Source: Candidatus Binatia bacterium
GTDB lineage: Bacteria; Desulfobacterota; Binatia; UBA9968; CAXXLF01
Length of the DNA stretch: 64,000 nucleotides
NCBI GenBank assembly: GCA_963664015.2
Contig: CAXXLF010000002.1
Location: 640,001 to 704,000, forward strand
Direction: 5' to 3'
The notes below the pieces were generated by a model. The model did not search any database and was not told the DNA's origin. It was given only the letters and a program-made list of their open reading frames with translations. This document shows, in pieces, positions 40,422 through 49,436 of the stretch (positions are counted from its first letter, which is position 1; the number at the start of each line of letters is the position of its first letter). The position numbers were made by a program, and so were the translations under genes.

Positions 40422-42113
40422 ATGCCACCACAAAAACCAAACATCGCCATATTCTCAGGTGCGACGGCCACCATCCAAAACAGTCCCCCATTGGTTACGA
40501 GCAACAAGGCCCGTGAGCAGTACGGCCTTGCCTTTCGCACGAACGGCGATGGGAGTCCACTCCGCTTCGATACGCTGCGTTCCCAGCGGCTCGCCGCCCC
40601 GGTTACCGTGTATATCGAACAGTTCAGTGCCCACCCCCTGGAGCGGGACTCGGCTGAACTCTACGCCCCACCGGATGGCTACATCGACAGCGCAGGAGAA
40701 TTTCACGAGCAACGACAAAGCCCAGATGACACCCCGGTTTATAAGGTGACTTTGAACCCGGAAGACGGGCTCTACCCATTACCCTTCATGGGCCGCCAGG
40801 CCAATGGCCAACCCTGGGAAGGGGACGGCACAGGGCCGCAGGCACCGGAGGCCCAATGCCGCATCCCCTACTATCCCGACGCCTCGCGCATTGTTGAGGA
40901 AATCGACCGCTTGGGAATCGGGGAGTCCGGCTTTGGCGGCATCCTTTCATCCATGGCAAATTTTCACTTTTACAGGCCGGCACCATCAGGAGGCTACAGA
41001 AAGGGTCTGCCACAAGCACAGCGAACGGATATGGGAGCGGGAGATATCCAGCCGGAGATTCTAGGCAAGGATTTTTTTATTTACCGACCCGGTCATCTAC
41101 GATGCTCACCGACCATGGATACCCTCGCCCGAGTCACAAATGTGGTGCAGGACGCCATGGGGTCTGGGCAGTATGAGGGAGGCGTCTGGCTCGAGGGCAG
41201 CCCCAACGTGGAAGAGAGCTGCTACTGGCTCAATCTTTTGATCGATACCCGGGTGCCCATCGCGGGCAACGCGTCACAGCGACCTCACGGGCAGGTGGGA
41301 AACGACGGCGACCGCAATATCATCGATTCTGTGGATTACATCGTTTCCCGTGTCTGGACGGATCCGTCCGGGCAAGATGAAATCGGGGCGGTCGTCATCA
41401 TGGACCAGCAGATTTTTACTTCCCGCGAGGTCCAGAAGGCCGATGCACGTCCAGGGGGGTATACCGCCACCGGCGGACATGGCGGGATCGTCGGAACGGT
41501 TGGCCATGGACCCGCAGCTATCACCTTCAAGCCAGTCAGGCGACACACGCATACCTCGGAGGTTAACCTCAACCGTCTGCCGGACACGGTTCAAGGAGTC
41601 CGCCGAAAGGGTCACACAAATGAGCCCGTGACCCTACGAATCAAAGACGAGCGGGGCCACCTCCTCCCAAGCGCCATTCCCATGGTGACCATCGAGAAGA
41701 GCGCCCGTTATCGAGATGGGGGTTCCGAGAGCTACGAGGTTGGCATTCTCGCCCTGGCCGAGCGGAACCTAAGGGAGGGACTACTGGCAGGCTTCGTTGC
41801 CGAGGGGGCAGCCCCTTACGGTAGTACAGTCAATTCCATATCCGCTGCCCTTAATCGCGCTTCCTTATGCGGCATGCCCGTGGTCAAGGTGGGACGCGGC
41901 AACGCTGAGGGGTTCACGCCAAAGCGACCCAACGAGCTTGCCATTGCCGGCAGCAATCTGACAGCGACCAAGGCGAGGGTGCTACTCATGGCCTGTTTGA
42001 TGAAGCTGGGAAGCCTGCCCCCGGTGGCGGATACGGACCATCCGACCAAGAATGAGATCGACCGGATTCGGGCCAAATTGGCAGAGTATCAACGGATATT
42101 CGATACCCACTGA
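40422..42113 (+). CDS. Atypical asparaginase-fold protein
   Basis: IAIFSGATATI, GGVWLEGSPNVEE..YWL.L...P.AG.ASQRP....DG.RN and C-terminal SNLTATKARVLLM. Confidence 0.75.
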   Translation: MPPQKPNIAIFSGATATIQNSPPLVTSNKAREQYGLAFRTNGDGSPLRFDTLRSQRLAAPVTVYIEQFSAHPLERDSAELYAPPDGYIDSAGEFHEQRQSPDDTPVYKVTLNPEDGLYPLPFMGRQANGQPWEGDGTGPQAPEAQCRIPYYPDASRIVEEIDRLGIGESGFGGILSSMANFHFYRPAPSGGYRKGLPQAQRTDMGAGDIQPEILGKDFFIYRPGHLRCSPTMDTLARVTNVVQDAMGSGQYEGGVWLEGSPNVEESCYWLNLLIDTRVPIAGNASQRPHGQVGNDGDRNIIDSVDYIVSRVWTDPSGQDEIGAVVIMDQQIFTSREVQKADARPGGYTATGGHGGIVGTVGHGPAAITFKPVRRHTHTSEVNLNRLPDTVQGVRRKGHTNEPVTLRIKDERGHLLPSAIPMVTIEKSARYRDGGSESYEVGILALAERNLREGLLAGFVAEGAAPYGSTVNSISAALNRASLCGMPVVKVGRGNAEGFTPKRPNELAIAGSNLTATKARVLLMACLMKLGSLPPVADTDHPTKNEIDRIRAKLAEYQRIFDTH

Positions 42114-42300
42114 TAGAATTAGATTTCGCACCCTCGGCAACACGGCCCCACGGTCTTCGAATCGGGGTTTGGGGACGTTTGCAACGCTGGAGCACACCTG
42201 TCCTGTCGTAGGGAATTTAGAGATTGATGATGCTTTGTGGCTTGGGATGCAGCCCCTTGGGCCGCTTGGGAGCCTCGAAACCCGACGAAGGTTTCAGGCC

Positions 42301-42938
42301 TTAAGCTTCAGCGAGAGGCGCTTTGGCGCCGGGGCTGAACTCGGGCATCTTGACGAGCTGCTCACTTTCGATGTTGAGTTCGGAAGGGGGAGGTACGCGC
42401 AGGTCCTTGGCCAAACGGCGTAGAAAATCCGCCACTGACTCATTGGTCCTGCGTTTCAAATTGAGTAGGGATTCGGCGCCTTCGATGGCACTGCTCCAGT
42501 AGACCCGACCGATGGGGTTTTGTTTCAGTGCCCTCTCGAGGCGATTTTTCAAGACCATTCGTTTCGCCCCTCTTTCCGTTCGATTGCACAACAAGCAGTT
42601 GAGCCAATATACCGCCACGACCACTACAAAACCACTACCGATTGCCGTGTACAGGGCCGCTTCCCGGCGGTCTACGAGTATCAGCCAGTCCTCGAGGCCA
42701 TAAAAGATTGGATAGATTTGAATGCCTACAGCGAGGGATACCAGAAGGGCTCCAGAGAGCAGGTGGGCCTTCTGCTTGGACAGGCTCCTGAGGCGCTCCA
42801 GGCTAAAGCCACCGTACAGCATGGCGCCAGCCTGGCAATCAAATCCGACGATAGACTGAAGGTCGCTAGGTGCACAAATAGGGCACCGCAGGCGGCAATG
42901 GTAGCAGAGGCAACGTTAAGGGATTCGTTTATTAACAT
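42301..42938 (-). pseudogene. Hypothetical membrane protein, probably frameshifted near 42824
   Basis: ORF 42726..42938 (hydrophobic N-terminus) and ORF 42301..42822 could be joined by a one-base shift. Confidence 0.35.
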
Positions 42939-43102
42939 GGGGTTAGCTGAAACAATCGAGCGCCCTAAAGCACCTAATTACATGAAAAACTCCGGTTCGA
43001 TGAGAATGTCGACTTACTAAAAATTATACGTGAGTTAGTTTTTATGCTCAAGCCAAAATTACAGGGGGGATTGGGCTTCACGCGGAGTGGCGGGTGCCGT
43101 CT

Positions 43103-43924
43103 CTAGCTCCCCGGCTGGACCGGATCGCCGATCAGCTCGAGATAGACGCTACCAAACCACAACTTGCTGGTGGCCTTGAGTAGGAATCTTTTAGGATCAC
43201 TGGATATCCAGATTATCCCTTCTCTAGCCTTTACTTCACTGGCCTTGCCGTCGTCCCCCGGGGAAACCTGTTTAATCAATGCGGCATTGATCCGGTAGGC
43301 GTCGAATTTCCCGGAGTTCAACTCTATTTTTTCCTGGCCGGCAATGTGAATGGTCAAGAGATAACGATTATTTCCACCAAACAGGTTTATTTCGAACCGG
43401 TCTTCGATTTCGATGTCGAGGCTTCGAAGGAGATAGCTAGCAGAAACCGGATCAAAACTATAGGGCCATACAATCTCTCGTTCTTTGATCTTCTTCCCTT
43501 TTGTCTTGCGGACCAGCCACTTCTGGTTTTTTCGATCATACGAGGCCCTGGTTTCTGACCGTCTCCCGTTTTCCTTTTGATTGAAGACGTAGTGGTGCGG
43601 CATAAACGTCTTAGCATCGAATACGGACTCGATTGAGTCCCGCATTTTCCATATGAGGTCTAGAGCGATCCAGGTTTTGGCCTTGATCTTGACTTCATAG
43701 AGTTTCTCACCCTCTACCCAGATGGGACGGGTCCGAATCTTCGCGGTGGCCACAGGGATACCGTTCCAGCCCGCCTCGTACTGCGCGCTTTCACCTCCTT
43801 CGAACGGATAGAACCGGGGTTGATGCTTTCGACTCCCATTGGAAGATGCACCCGTTGAACCCGCGTCGTATGGGATCGTCAGGCAGATAAACAACAGTGA
43901 TAAGTTTATAATGAACCGTTGCAT
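43103..43924 (-). CDS. DUF3108 domain protein
   Basis: Signal peptide; PF..GE...Y..GW.GI..A, D.IES, FDPVSA.Y and IWISSD motifs. Confidence 0.75.
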   Translation of the reverse strand: MQRFIINLSLLFICLTIPYDAGSTGASSNGSRKHQPRFYPFEGGESAQYEAGWNGIPVATAKIRTRPIWVEGEKLYEVKIKAKTWIALDLIWKMRDSIESVFDAKTFMPHHYVFNQKENGRRSETRASYDRKNQKWLVRKTKGKKIKEREIVWPYSFDPVSASYLLRSLDIEIEDRFEINLFGGNNRYLLTIHIAGQEKIELNSGKFDAYRINAALIKQVSPGDDGKASEVKAREGIIWISSDPKRFLLKATSKLWFGSVYLELIGDPVQPGS

Positions 43925-44456
43925 GCTACGAAAAATCACCCTGTTCCAAAACAACAAAGTTCAGTGAACAAGTCCCTATGCCCCCTTCTCTGCACACCTG
44001 GTTTACGGATATTTTACCATGAATGGATCTGGGTAATCAAAGTAGCCGATGTCCGATTTGTTCTCCTATCGGTAACCCAGAGGGAGCTGCACCCCGACGA
44101 CGAACCTCCAACCACTAACTGGGCATTGTACGATTGCATCATTTTATCTAGGACTTGTTGGCCTTGCGTATTCTCGGCGCAGCCCCGTACCAGGCGCTAG
44201 GTTCAGTTGGAATGTTTATCTAAGGTCCTAAACCACTAGTGAAACTGGTCGATCGGATCGTTCTCCATGACAGACCATAAGTGTGTAATTTGGTAATTGT
44301 TGCACCAAATCGGAAGTTTTTCATTTCTCCGAAAAGGCAGCAATCCTGCAAAATCAATGGGTTAACGCCTGGCCCCTCTTTTGCAATTAGGTCATCTTTA
44401 CCTTCCAGTCAAGATTTTTGGGAATTTAAAAGGGAAAAGGAGGTCGCAAGAGGATC

Positions 44457-44621
44457 ATGAGTCTCGATGGAATCCTTCTTGATCGCCAAGCGCTCATAAA
44501 CCGTGTTCGTACGCTCGAGGAAATCGTCGAACGAAGCGGCCTATGGGAATGCGAGTGCTGTGGTACCGTATACGCCGGTTGCCACCCGCAACCAGGTCTA
44601 CAGAGCAAGATCTACAAATGA
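44457..44621 (+). CDS. Small Cys-rich protein (54 aa), not in the ORF track
   Basis: AGGAGG/GAGG upstream; MSLDGILLDRQALINRVRTLEEIVERSGLWECECCGTVYAGCHPQPGLQSKIYK*. Confidence 0.5.
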   Translation: MSLDGILLDRQALINRVRTLEEIVERSGLWECECCGTVYAGCHPQPGLQSKIYK

Positions 44622-44689
44622 GGTGGGGAATGCAACAAACGGGCTCACCCCCGATAGCCACAATGGGCTAATGTTGTAAGATCGCCCGT

Positions 44690-45685
44690 TTACCCTTGAA
44701 ACTCTTCCCGGTATAACCCGAAGGGTTCATATAGGGGTCGGTCCGACATAAAGAAGAGGCACGCCTCCTCATCCAGGGATCGGTTCTCGTGCCGATGCCA
44801 GGTCCAATTGGGGATCACCAAGTAGTCCCCCTTCTCCCACTCCAACACCTCATCGTTAACGACCGTTCTACCGCGGCCTCGAACTACGTGAAAAATCCCC
44901 GAGGAAGTGTGGCGGCGATTCTTGCCCCTCTCCCCCTGACGCAGGAGATGCAGGCCGCAGCTCATGGTTGGCAATGTAGGGGCACCCCCCTGTCCCGTAT
45001 AATCCATGATTAGGTCACCGCTCGATTCTCCCGATCGTTCTGCCATCTGCCGCAAGCGCTTCTCGCTTTCCTGCCACTTGTAGTACCAGCGGGCCCCGCC
45101 GTCATGCCTTTTCCCATCGTCTGATTTTTTCCACTCTCGTTGGACCGTCTGCTGCGGCTTTTCATGATCCTCGATAAACATCACATCCATCGCCTGCGAG
45201 AAGGGAACATCCAGGCCGTCAATCCATATCATGGGGCCGTCGGACTTGTTGATATGATCGTGCCAGGTCCAGTTGGGCGTGAGGACAAGATCGCCGGGCT
45301 CCATCAGGAAACTCTCTCCATTGACGGTGGTGAAGGTGTCCTTGCCTTCAACGACGAAACGGATGGCGGCCATGGTATGACGATGTGCTGTGGCGACTTC
45401 GCCGGGAAGAACCATTTGGACCGACATCTGCAGAGTATGGGTTGTAAATTTCTTTGGAGCCATACCGGGATTAACGAGCTGGATGGTTCTTCGGCCGGCT
45501 TCGGCCACACCGATGAGATCACCCGCCCGCATTAGAGTGTCGCGAATGACCGACCCCTTCCAAAGCATGGGCTTCAGCTTGGAGCGCGGCTCCATGTTTG
45601 CCGGGAGCCCCATCTTCCAGTGTCCTTGGATGGAGTACTTTTGAATTTCCTGATCAAAATTTTCGAGCTCTTCAGCCTTGGACAT
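44690..45685 (-). CDS. Gentisate 1,2-dioxygenase-like bicupin ring-cleavage dioxygenase
   Basis: RR...LVNPG, PGEVATAHRH...AIRF, DLVLTPNWTWHDH, W.DGLDVP and second cupin RHT...PNWTWHRH. Confidence 0.9.
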   Translation of the reverse strand: MSKAEELENFDQEIQKYSIQGHWKMGLPANMEPRSKLKPMLWKGSVIRDTLMRAGDLIGVAEAGRRTIQLVNPGMAPKKFTTHTLQMSVQMVLPGEVATAHRHTMAAIRFVVEGKDTFTTVNGESFLMEPGDLVLTPNWTWHDHINKSDGPMIWIDGLDVPFSQAMDVMFIEDHEKPQQTVQREWKKSDDGKRHDGGARWYYKWQESEKRLRQMAERSGESSGDLIMDYTGQGGAPTLPTMSCGLHLLRQGERGKNRRHTSSGIFHVVRGRGRTVVNDEVLEWEKGDYLVIPNWTWHRHENRSLDEEACLFFMSDRPLYEPFGLYREEFQG

Positions 45686-45819
45686 AGAAATGCTACCTCC
45701 ATTTATGGCACCGTAAAGAAACAACTAAATCAAGCAATATCACCGCGGCCCCCATTGGGTCAAGATACCCGCCCAATGGGGCTCCCCTCTCGATGGTCTC
45801 TGCTAGAAGGTGGATCCGT

Positions 45820-46524
45820 CTACCTTTTACTTTCGTTAACCTTCGCCTCGTAATAAGCCCAGGTCCGTTCGAACAGGCCTGCGGGACGGTCGTTCTGCAC
45901 CGCAAGGTTTTCCAGCTCATGCTTGAAGTCGGCGAGCTCATCTTCCGCATACGCCTTGGCGCCGCCCGCCAGGCCGGCCAGGAGCTGTATTTTGGCGGCC
46001 TCTTCCATCATGACGGCCTTCACCGTAGCCTCCTCCAGGCTGGAGCCAGCCACCGAACCGCCATGCCCCTTCATCAATACCGCCGTCTCCTTTCCCATCA
46101 GACTCGTCATCTCCTCCCCCCGCTTCCTCGAGTTAATCAAGCCCGCCTTCTTGTAGACCTTGCTACCGGCGAACGGGAAGCCGAACACGGTACCCGGGAG
46201 AAACGTAGCCTCAGCCGTAGCCAGTGAAGTGACGTACAGGGAGTGGGTATGGACGATCCCCTGGACTTCCGGACGTGACTGGTAAATGCAGATGTGGATC
46301 CAGGTCTCGCCGTGCCACTTGCCCTTGCCTTCGAGAACCTTCCCGTTGAAGTCCACCACCAGGAGGTCCTCGTTTGTCACCAGGCCAGGCGCGATGGCCC
46401 GTGATATCAGAAGCCGGTCAGTGCCTGGGGCCCGAACGCTCACGTGACCGAAAGGAACCGTCAGGCCCGTCTTGTCCAGGATCCGGTTTGCCATTACGAG
46501 TTTTTCAATTAGCTCATTGCTCAT
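45820..46524 (-). CDS. Class II aldolase/adducin-fold protein (pyridine-dicarboxylate decarboxylase-like)
   Basis: LVMANRIL....FGHVSVR, E..IH..IY..RP, VHTHS and LMKGHG motifs. Confidence 0.85.
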   Translation of the reverse strand: MSNELIEKLVMANRILDKTGLTVPFGHVSVRAPGTDRLLISRAIAPGLVTNEDLLVVDFNGKVLEGKGKWHGETWIHICIYQSRPEVQGIVHTHSLYVTSLATAEATFLPGTVFGFPFAGSKVYKKAGLINSRKRGEEMTSLMGKETAVLMKGHGGSVAGSSLEEATVKAVMMEEAAKIQLLAGLAGGAKAYAEDELADFKHELENLAVQNDRPAGLFERTWAYYEAKVNESKR

Positions 46525-46576
46525 GCCATCGTCCTTCAATTGGGGAGGAAACGTCGTGATGTTGTAACCTATTCGC

Positions 46577-47170
46577 CTAACGGCCAACCCTTTTCGGATA
46601 ATCAGGATGACGCAGCAAATTTTCGATAAAGGTCTCCTTCATCGCACGGCCATGGAGCCGCCGTGAATCCACTTCCACACGCGCTTTTCCCGGCTCGATC
46701 TTGAGCACGAAAAAGCTTAGCCCCCCGTCAGCCAGCGACTTTGGCACGACGCGTTTGAATTCGTCCTCGGTGCGGATGGTCCCGGTTACGGGGATTCCGG
46801 CTCCCTTTGCGATCGCTTCGAGATCGGCGTGGGTAGCCGTCGCCGTGGGTCCCATGTCAGCGTACGATTGATTGTCCATAACGAGTGCCAGGAGGTTGGG
46901 AGGGTTGACACCGGCTACAGTCACAAGGCTGCTCGTATCCAAGAGGAGACTGCCGTCCGAGTCGATAGCGACAACCTTTCGCTTGGGGTAGGCAAGGGAC
47001 AAGCCCAAAGCAAAGGAAAGACACATTCCCAGGTTGAGGCTGTGAAAATTGGCACCCTTGGGCCGCAGATAAGCCCACTCCCTTGCGTTGGGTCCTCGAG
47101 CTGTTACGGTGATCGCGTGTTCGTCCAGCCAGGAAGCAAGCAACGTGAGACAGTCGTAGCGGTTTACCAT
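46577..47170 (-). CDS. ThDP-dependent decarboxylase beta subunit (ComE/Ppd-like)
   Basis: LGMCLSFALGL and DSDGSLLL...MDNQSY (GDG-X-N motif variant). Confidence 0.85.
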   Translation of the reverse strand: MVNRYDCLTLLASWLDEHAITVTARGPNAREWAYLRPKGANFHSLNLGMCLSFALGLSLAYPKRKVVAIDSDGSLLLDTSSLVTVAGVNPPNLLALVMDNQSYADMGPTATATHADLEAIAKGAGIPVTGTIRTEDEFKRVVPKSLADGGLSFFVLKIEPGKARVEVDSRRLHGRAMKETFIENLLRHPDYPKRVGR

Positions 47171-47676
47171 AGGACATCTCCGGTTAAGAGTAGGACCAAC
47201 GGAGTGCTGTAACCCTGGCACGCAGCGTGGGCATCCAGCAGCTTGCGTTTGAGTTTCTCTTTTTCCTCCACGATCCGATAAGGGATCTTCAACGCACTCA
47301 GCACTGGCTCACCCACCTGATTGAACATATTGAGCTGATCGCCGGAGATACCGCTGCGATCGCTGACGTCCCCACGATAGGAGGCGAGAATGAAGACCGG
47401 GATACCATAAAGCACCCCCATCTGAGCGAGGGCCCAGCTTCCGACCAACAGTCCCGCAATACCCGTAATAAAAACGCAATTGCGCCCCCCCAGGGACGCT
47501 CCCGCGCACAGGCTTATGCCATGCCCTTCCCCTGTAACCGTTACGGCGGTAAAGAATGGGTCCTGGCGAATTTGCTCAGTCAACGGGTAAGTCGGATCCT
47601 CCGGCAACGTAACCACCAGATCGATATTCTTTTCCTTTAATGTTTCGATAATAACGCCAACCATGTCTTTATCCAT
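47164..47676 (-). CDS. ThDP-dependent decarboxylase alpha subunit (ComD/Ppd-like)
   Basis: VVTLPED, E..G..LCAGASLGG and P..ILASYRG motifs; overlaps the beta subunit start. Confidence 0.82.
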   Translation of the reverse strand: MDKDMVGVIIETLKEKNIDLVVTLPEDPTYPLTEQIRQDPFFTAVTVTGEGHGISLCAGASLGGRNCVFITGIAGLLVGSWALAQMGVLYGIPVFILASYRGDVSDRSGISGDQLNMFNQVGEPVLSALKIPYRIVEEKEKLKRKLLDAHAACQGYSTPLVLLLTGDVLW

Positions 47677-47723
47677 CTTTTTTTCTCTTTTCTCCGAGCT
47701 TGGCGTCCTTTGCACCTTTCCCC

Positions 47724-47758
47724 CGACTTTGCTCGGAACCCTGAGCCTGTCGAAGGGT
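47724..47758. repeat. REP-like palindrome of the CTGAGCCTGTCGAAGG type
   Basis: CGACTTTGCTCGG-AACC-CTGAGCCTGTCG hairpin followed by AAGGGT; a related CTGAGCTAGGTCGAG occurs near 22905. Confidence 0.6.
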
Positions 47759-47800
47759 GCGCGAATCATCTATTTCCGGGTACGTAATCAATATCTTCCC

Positions 47801-48361
47801 CTAGGGATTGGTTAGCTCTTTGGGCTTGAGGGCCCTGCGCTGAATCTCCGAACCGTTGAGGTTAACCACCGAGAACACGGGTGTAGGCCGCATGAGCGTG
47901 TCTACAGCCCGGCACTCCCTCTCGGCAAATTCCACGAGCGCTACTATTTTCTCCTTGGGTTCGGGACTATCAATGAAGGTCTCTAAGGTTATGTCGGAAA
48001 AGCCACAGGGGAATTCGGCCTTCTTAGACAACGAGCGATAGTCAAGACGACCTTTGATTACGGTGCGAGCAGAGCTGATAGCGATATCCAGTAGCGACGA
48101 AGCCGTCGCTATTTGACTGTGCAGTCAAAAAGCGGCGCCGAGCAGAAAATACTCCAGCGGCCCCGGCGCGGTGTCGGTTCCACCGTGACCGCGCTTCTGC
48201 TCGTCCGCATAGATCTCAAAGTGCCGGATCTTGCCCCGCTTACGATAGTTCTCCACAATCTCGACCTCGGCCGCTACCACCTGGTCCACCGGCTGCCTCG
48301 CCTTGGTCAACTCTTTAGATATTTCCACTCGGCCTTCACGGAGACGCTTTCGATCGATCAT
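47801..48361 (-). CDS. OsmC/Ohr family protein, probable selenoprotein
   Basis: ORFs 48125..48502 and 47801..48031 are in frame and separated only by TGA at 48125-48127: DE...GGTDTAPGPLEYFLLGAAF-U-LHSQ...AERECRAVDTL; the TGA is at the first catalytic Cys of OsmC. Confidence 0.85.
48092..48111 (-). promoter_or_regulatory. Candidate bacterial SECIS hairpin after the OsmC UGA
   Basis: mRNA UAGCGACG-GCUU-CGUCGCUA: perfect 8-bp stem, G first in the loop, starting 13 nt after the UGA. Confidence 0.7.
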
Positions 48362-48681
48362 CACTTCCCTCCGTCTGTTTCCAAGAAGAGCGCCGCTAGG
48401 CGACTGTTTTCCAAGTCCACATTGATGATCAGTCGTGAGGGAACTGAAGGGGCGACGGCTGCGGCAACGTACACGGGCCAACCCTCTCCCTCTCCAACCC
48501 AAACGTACCCCACTGGGGGCACTTCCCTCTCTTCCACCAGGATCACTTCAAAGCCAACGGCGCAGCATTCCTCACACTCATTTTCGAACACGACCAGGGC
48601 CGCGTCCTCAATAGGATCTGCTGCGAGGGCACCGACCAGCTCTTCTTTCGCCTGGCGGCCGATCTCAATTTCCATTTCCAT
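48361..48681 (-). CDS. Small acidic Cys-rich protein (HesB/IscA-like layout, CEECC motif)
   Basis: MEMEIEIGRQAKEEL...FENECEECCAVGFEV...GWPVYV; its TGA overlaps the OsmC ATG (TGATG). Confidence 0.6.
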   Translation of the reverse strand: MEMEIEIGRQAKEELVGALAADPIEDAALVVFENECEECCAVGFEVILVEEREVPPVGYVWVGEGEGWPVYVAAAVAPSVPSRLIINVDLENSRLAALFLETDGGK

Positions 48682-48685
48682 AGGG

Positions 48686-49414
48686 TTAATCCAATCCGTC
48701 GAACAATTTTGGATCCACTCCACACGCAATCCGCATGCAATGGTCTTCGAGGATGTGAAACGTCCTTTTGAATTGAACCGCCTTTCGCACCCCTTCCTGC
48801 TGCACTTCTGTGACCGCATACTTTTTAACGAGGTCCCGTGTGGACGAACCGTGGTCGATGTCCATTTCCGAGTGAAGGGTAAAATGGACCAGGCCCCAGT
48901 CCGGTACATCGTAGTGCTTGGCCAGGGCCTCGGCCATTTTCATCCCGTGTCCCCCGGTCCCTGTCCCCGAGTCTTCGTCGAAGCTCATGGAAGCCCCTTC
49001 CAACCAGGAATGGTCCCTGGCGTAGTTGACCCACGAGTCACAGACCAATCGATAGGCGTTGTGGAGATCCCGATAACTCTCCAGTTCGTCCCGCGGGATA
49101 CCGAGCCCCTCTGCCAGTTTGGCCCATAGCTCCGAGTGGGCCCCCACGGTCCCACCCATCACCCGACTGTCCTCTTCCTCGATGTACTTTGTAATGCGCT
49201 CCATGCGTACTTCTTTGATAGAACAGTTAGCCAAGATGTAGAGTTCCTTGCGCGGTACGTTGACCCGGTAATAGTAAAGCTGCTTAACCCACATCTTTAC
49301 CTGCTCCTTGGTAAGCCTACCGTACTGGATCAACAGGCGGGTGGGCCGTTCCACCCGGTAGGCCTGCCGTCCTTTCATGAGATTCTGGATCAATTCTTCG
49401 GGCGGCTGCAACAT
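48686..49414 (-). CDS. Heme-oxygenase-like diiron oxidase (PqqC/CADD-like)
   Basis: GRLTKEQVKMWVKQ.YYY...P.K...LANC, EEE...GAHSELW..LAEGLG, WLEG and HF.LH..MD.DH motifs. Confidence 0.85.
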   Translation of the reverse strand: MLQPPEELIQNLMKGRQAYRVERPTRLLIQYGRLTKEQVKMWVKQLYYYRVNVPRKELYILANCSIKEVRMERITKYIEEEDSRVMGGTVGAHSELWAKLAEGLGIPRDELESYRDLHNAYRLVCDSWVNYARDHSWLEGASMSFDEDSGTGTGGHGMKMAEALAKHYDVPDWGLVHFTLHSEMDIDHGSSTRDLVKKYAVTEVQQEGVRKAVQFKRTFHILEDHCMRIACGVDPKLFDGLD

Positions 49415-49436
49415 AACGTCATCTCCTATTTCCGTC

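Noticed and set aside
42140-42200. GGTCTTCGAATC segment resembling a tRNA (possibly tRNA-Sec) anticodon arm
   Set aside because: No acceptor stem, T-arm GTTCRA or CCA could be built, and the anticodon would not be TCA
47677-47769. N-terminal extension MIRAPFDRLRVPS on the ComD-like ORF
   Set aside because: It is the translation of a REP-like palindrome; the likely start is 47676
48686-49414. PQQ biosynthesis call for the PqqC-like gene
   Set aside because: No pqqA, B, D or E nearby, and the ligand pattern fits diiron CADD-type proteins
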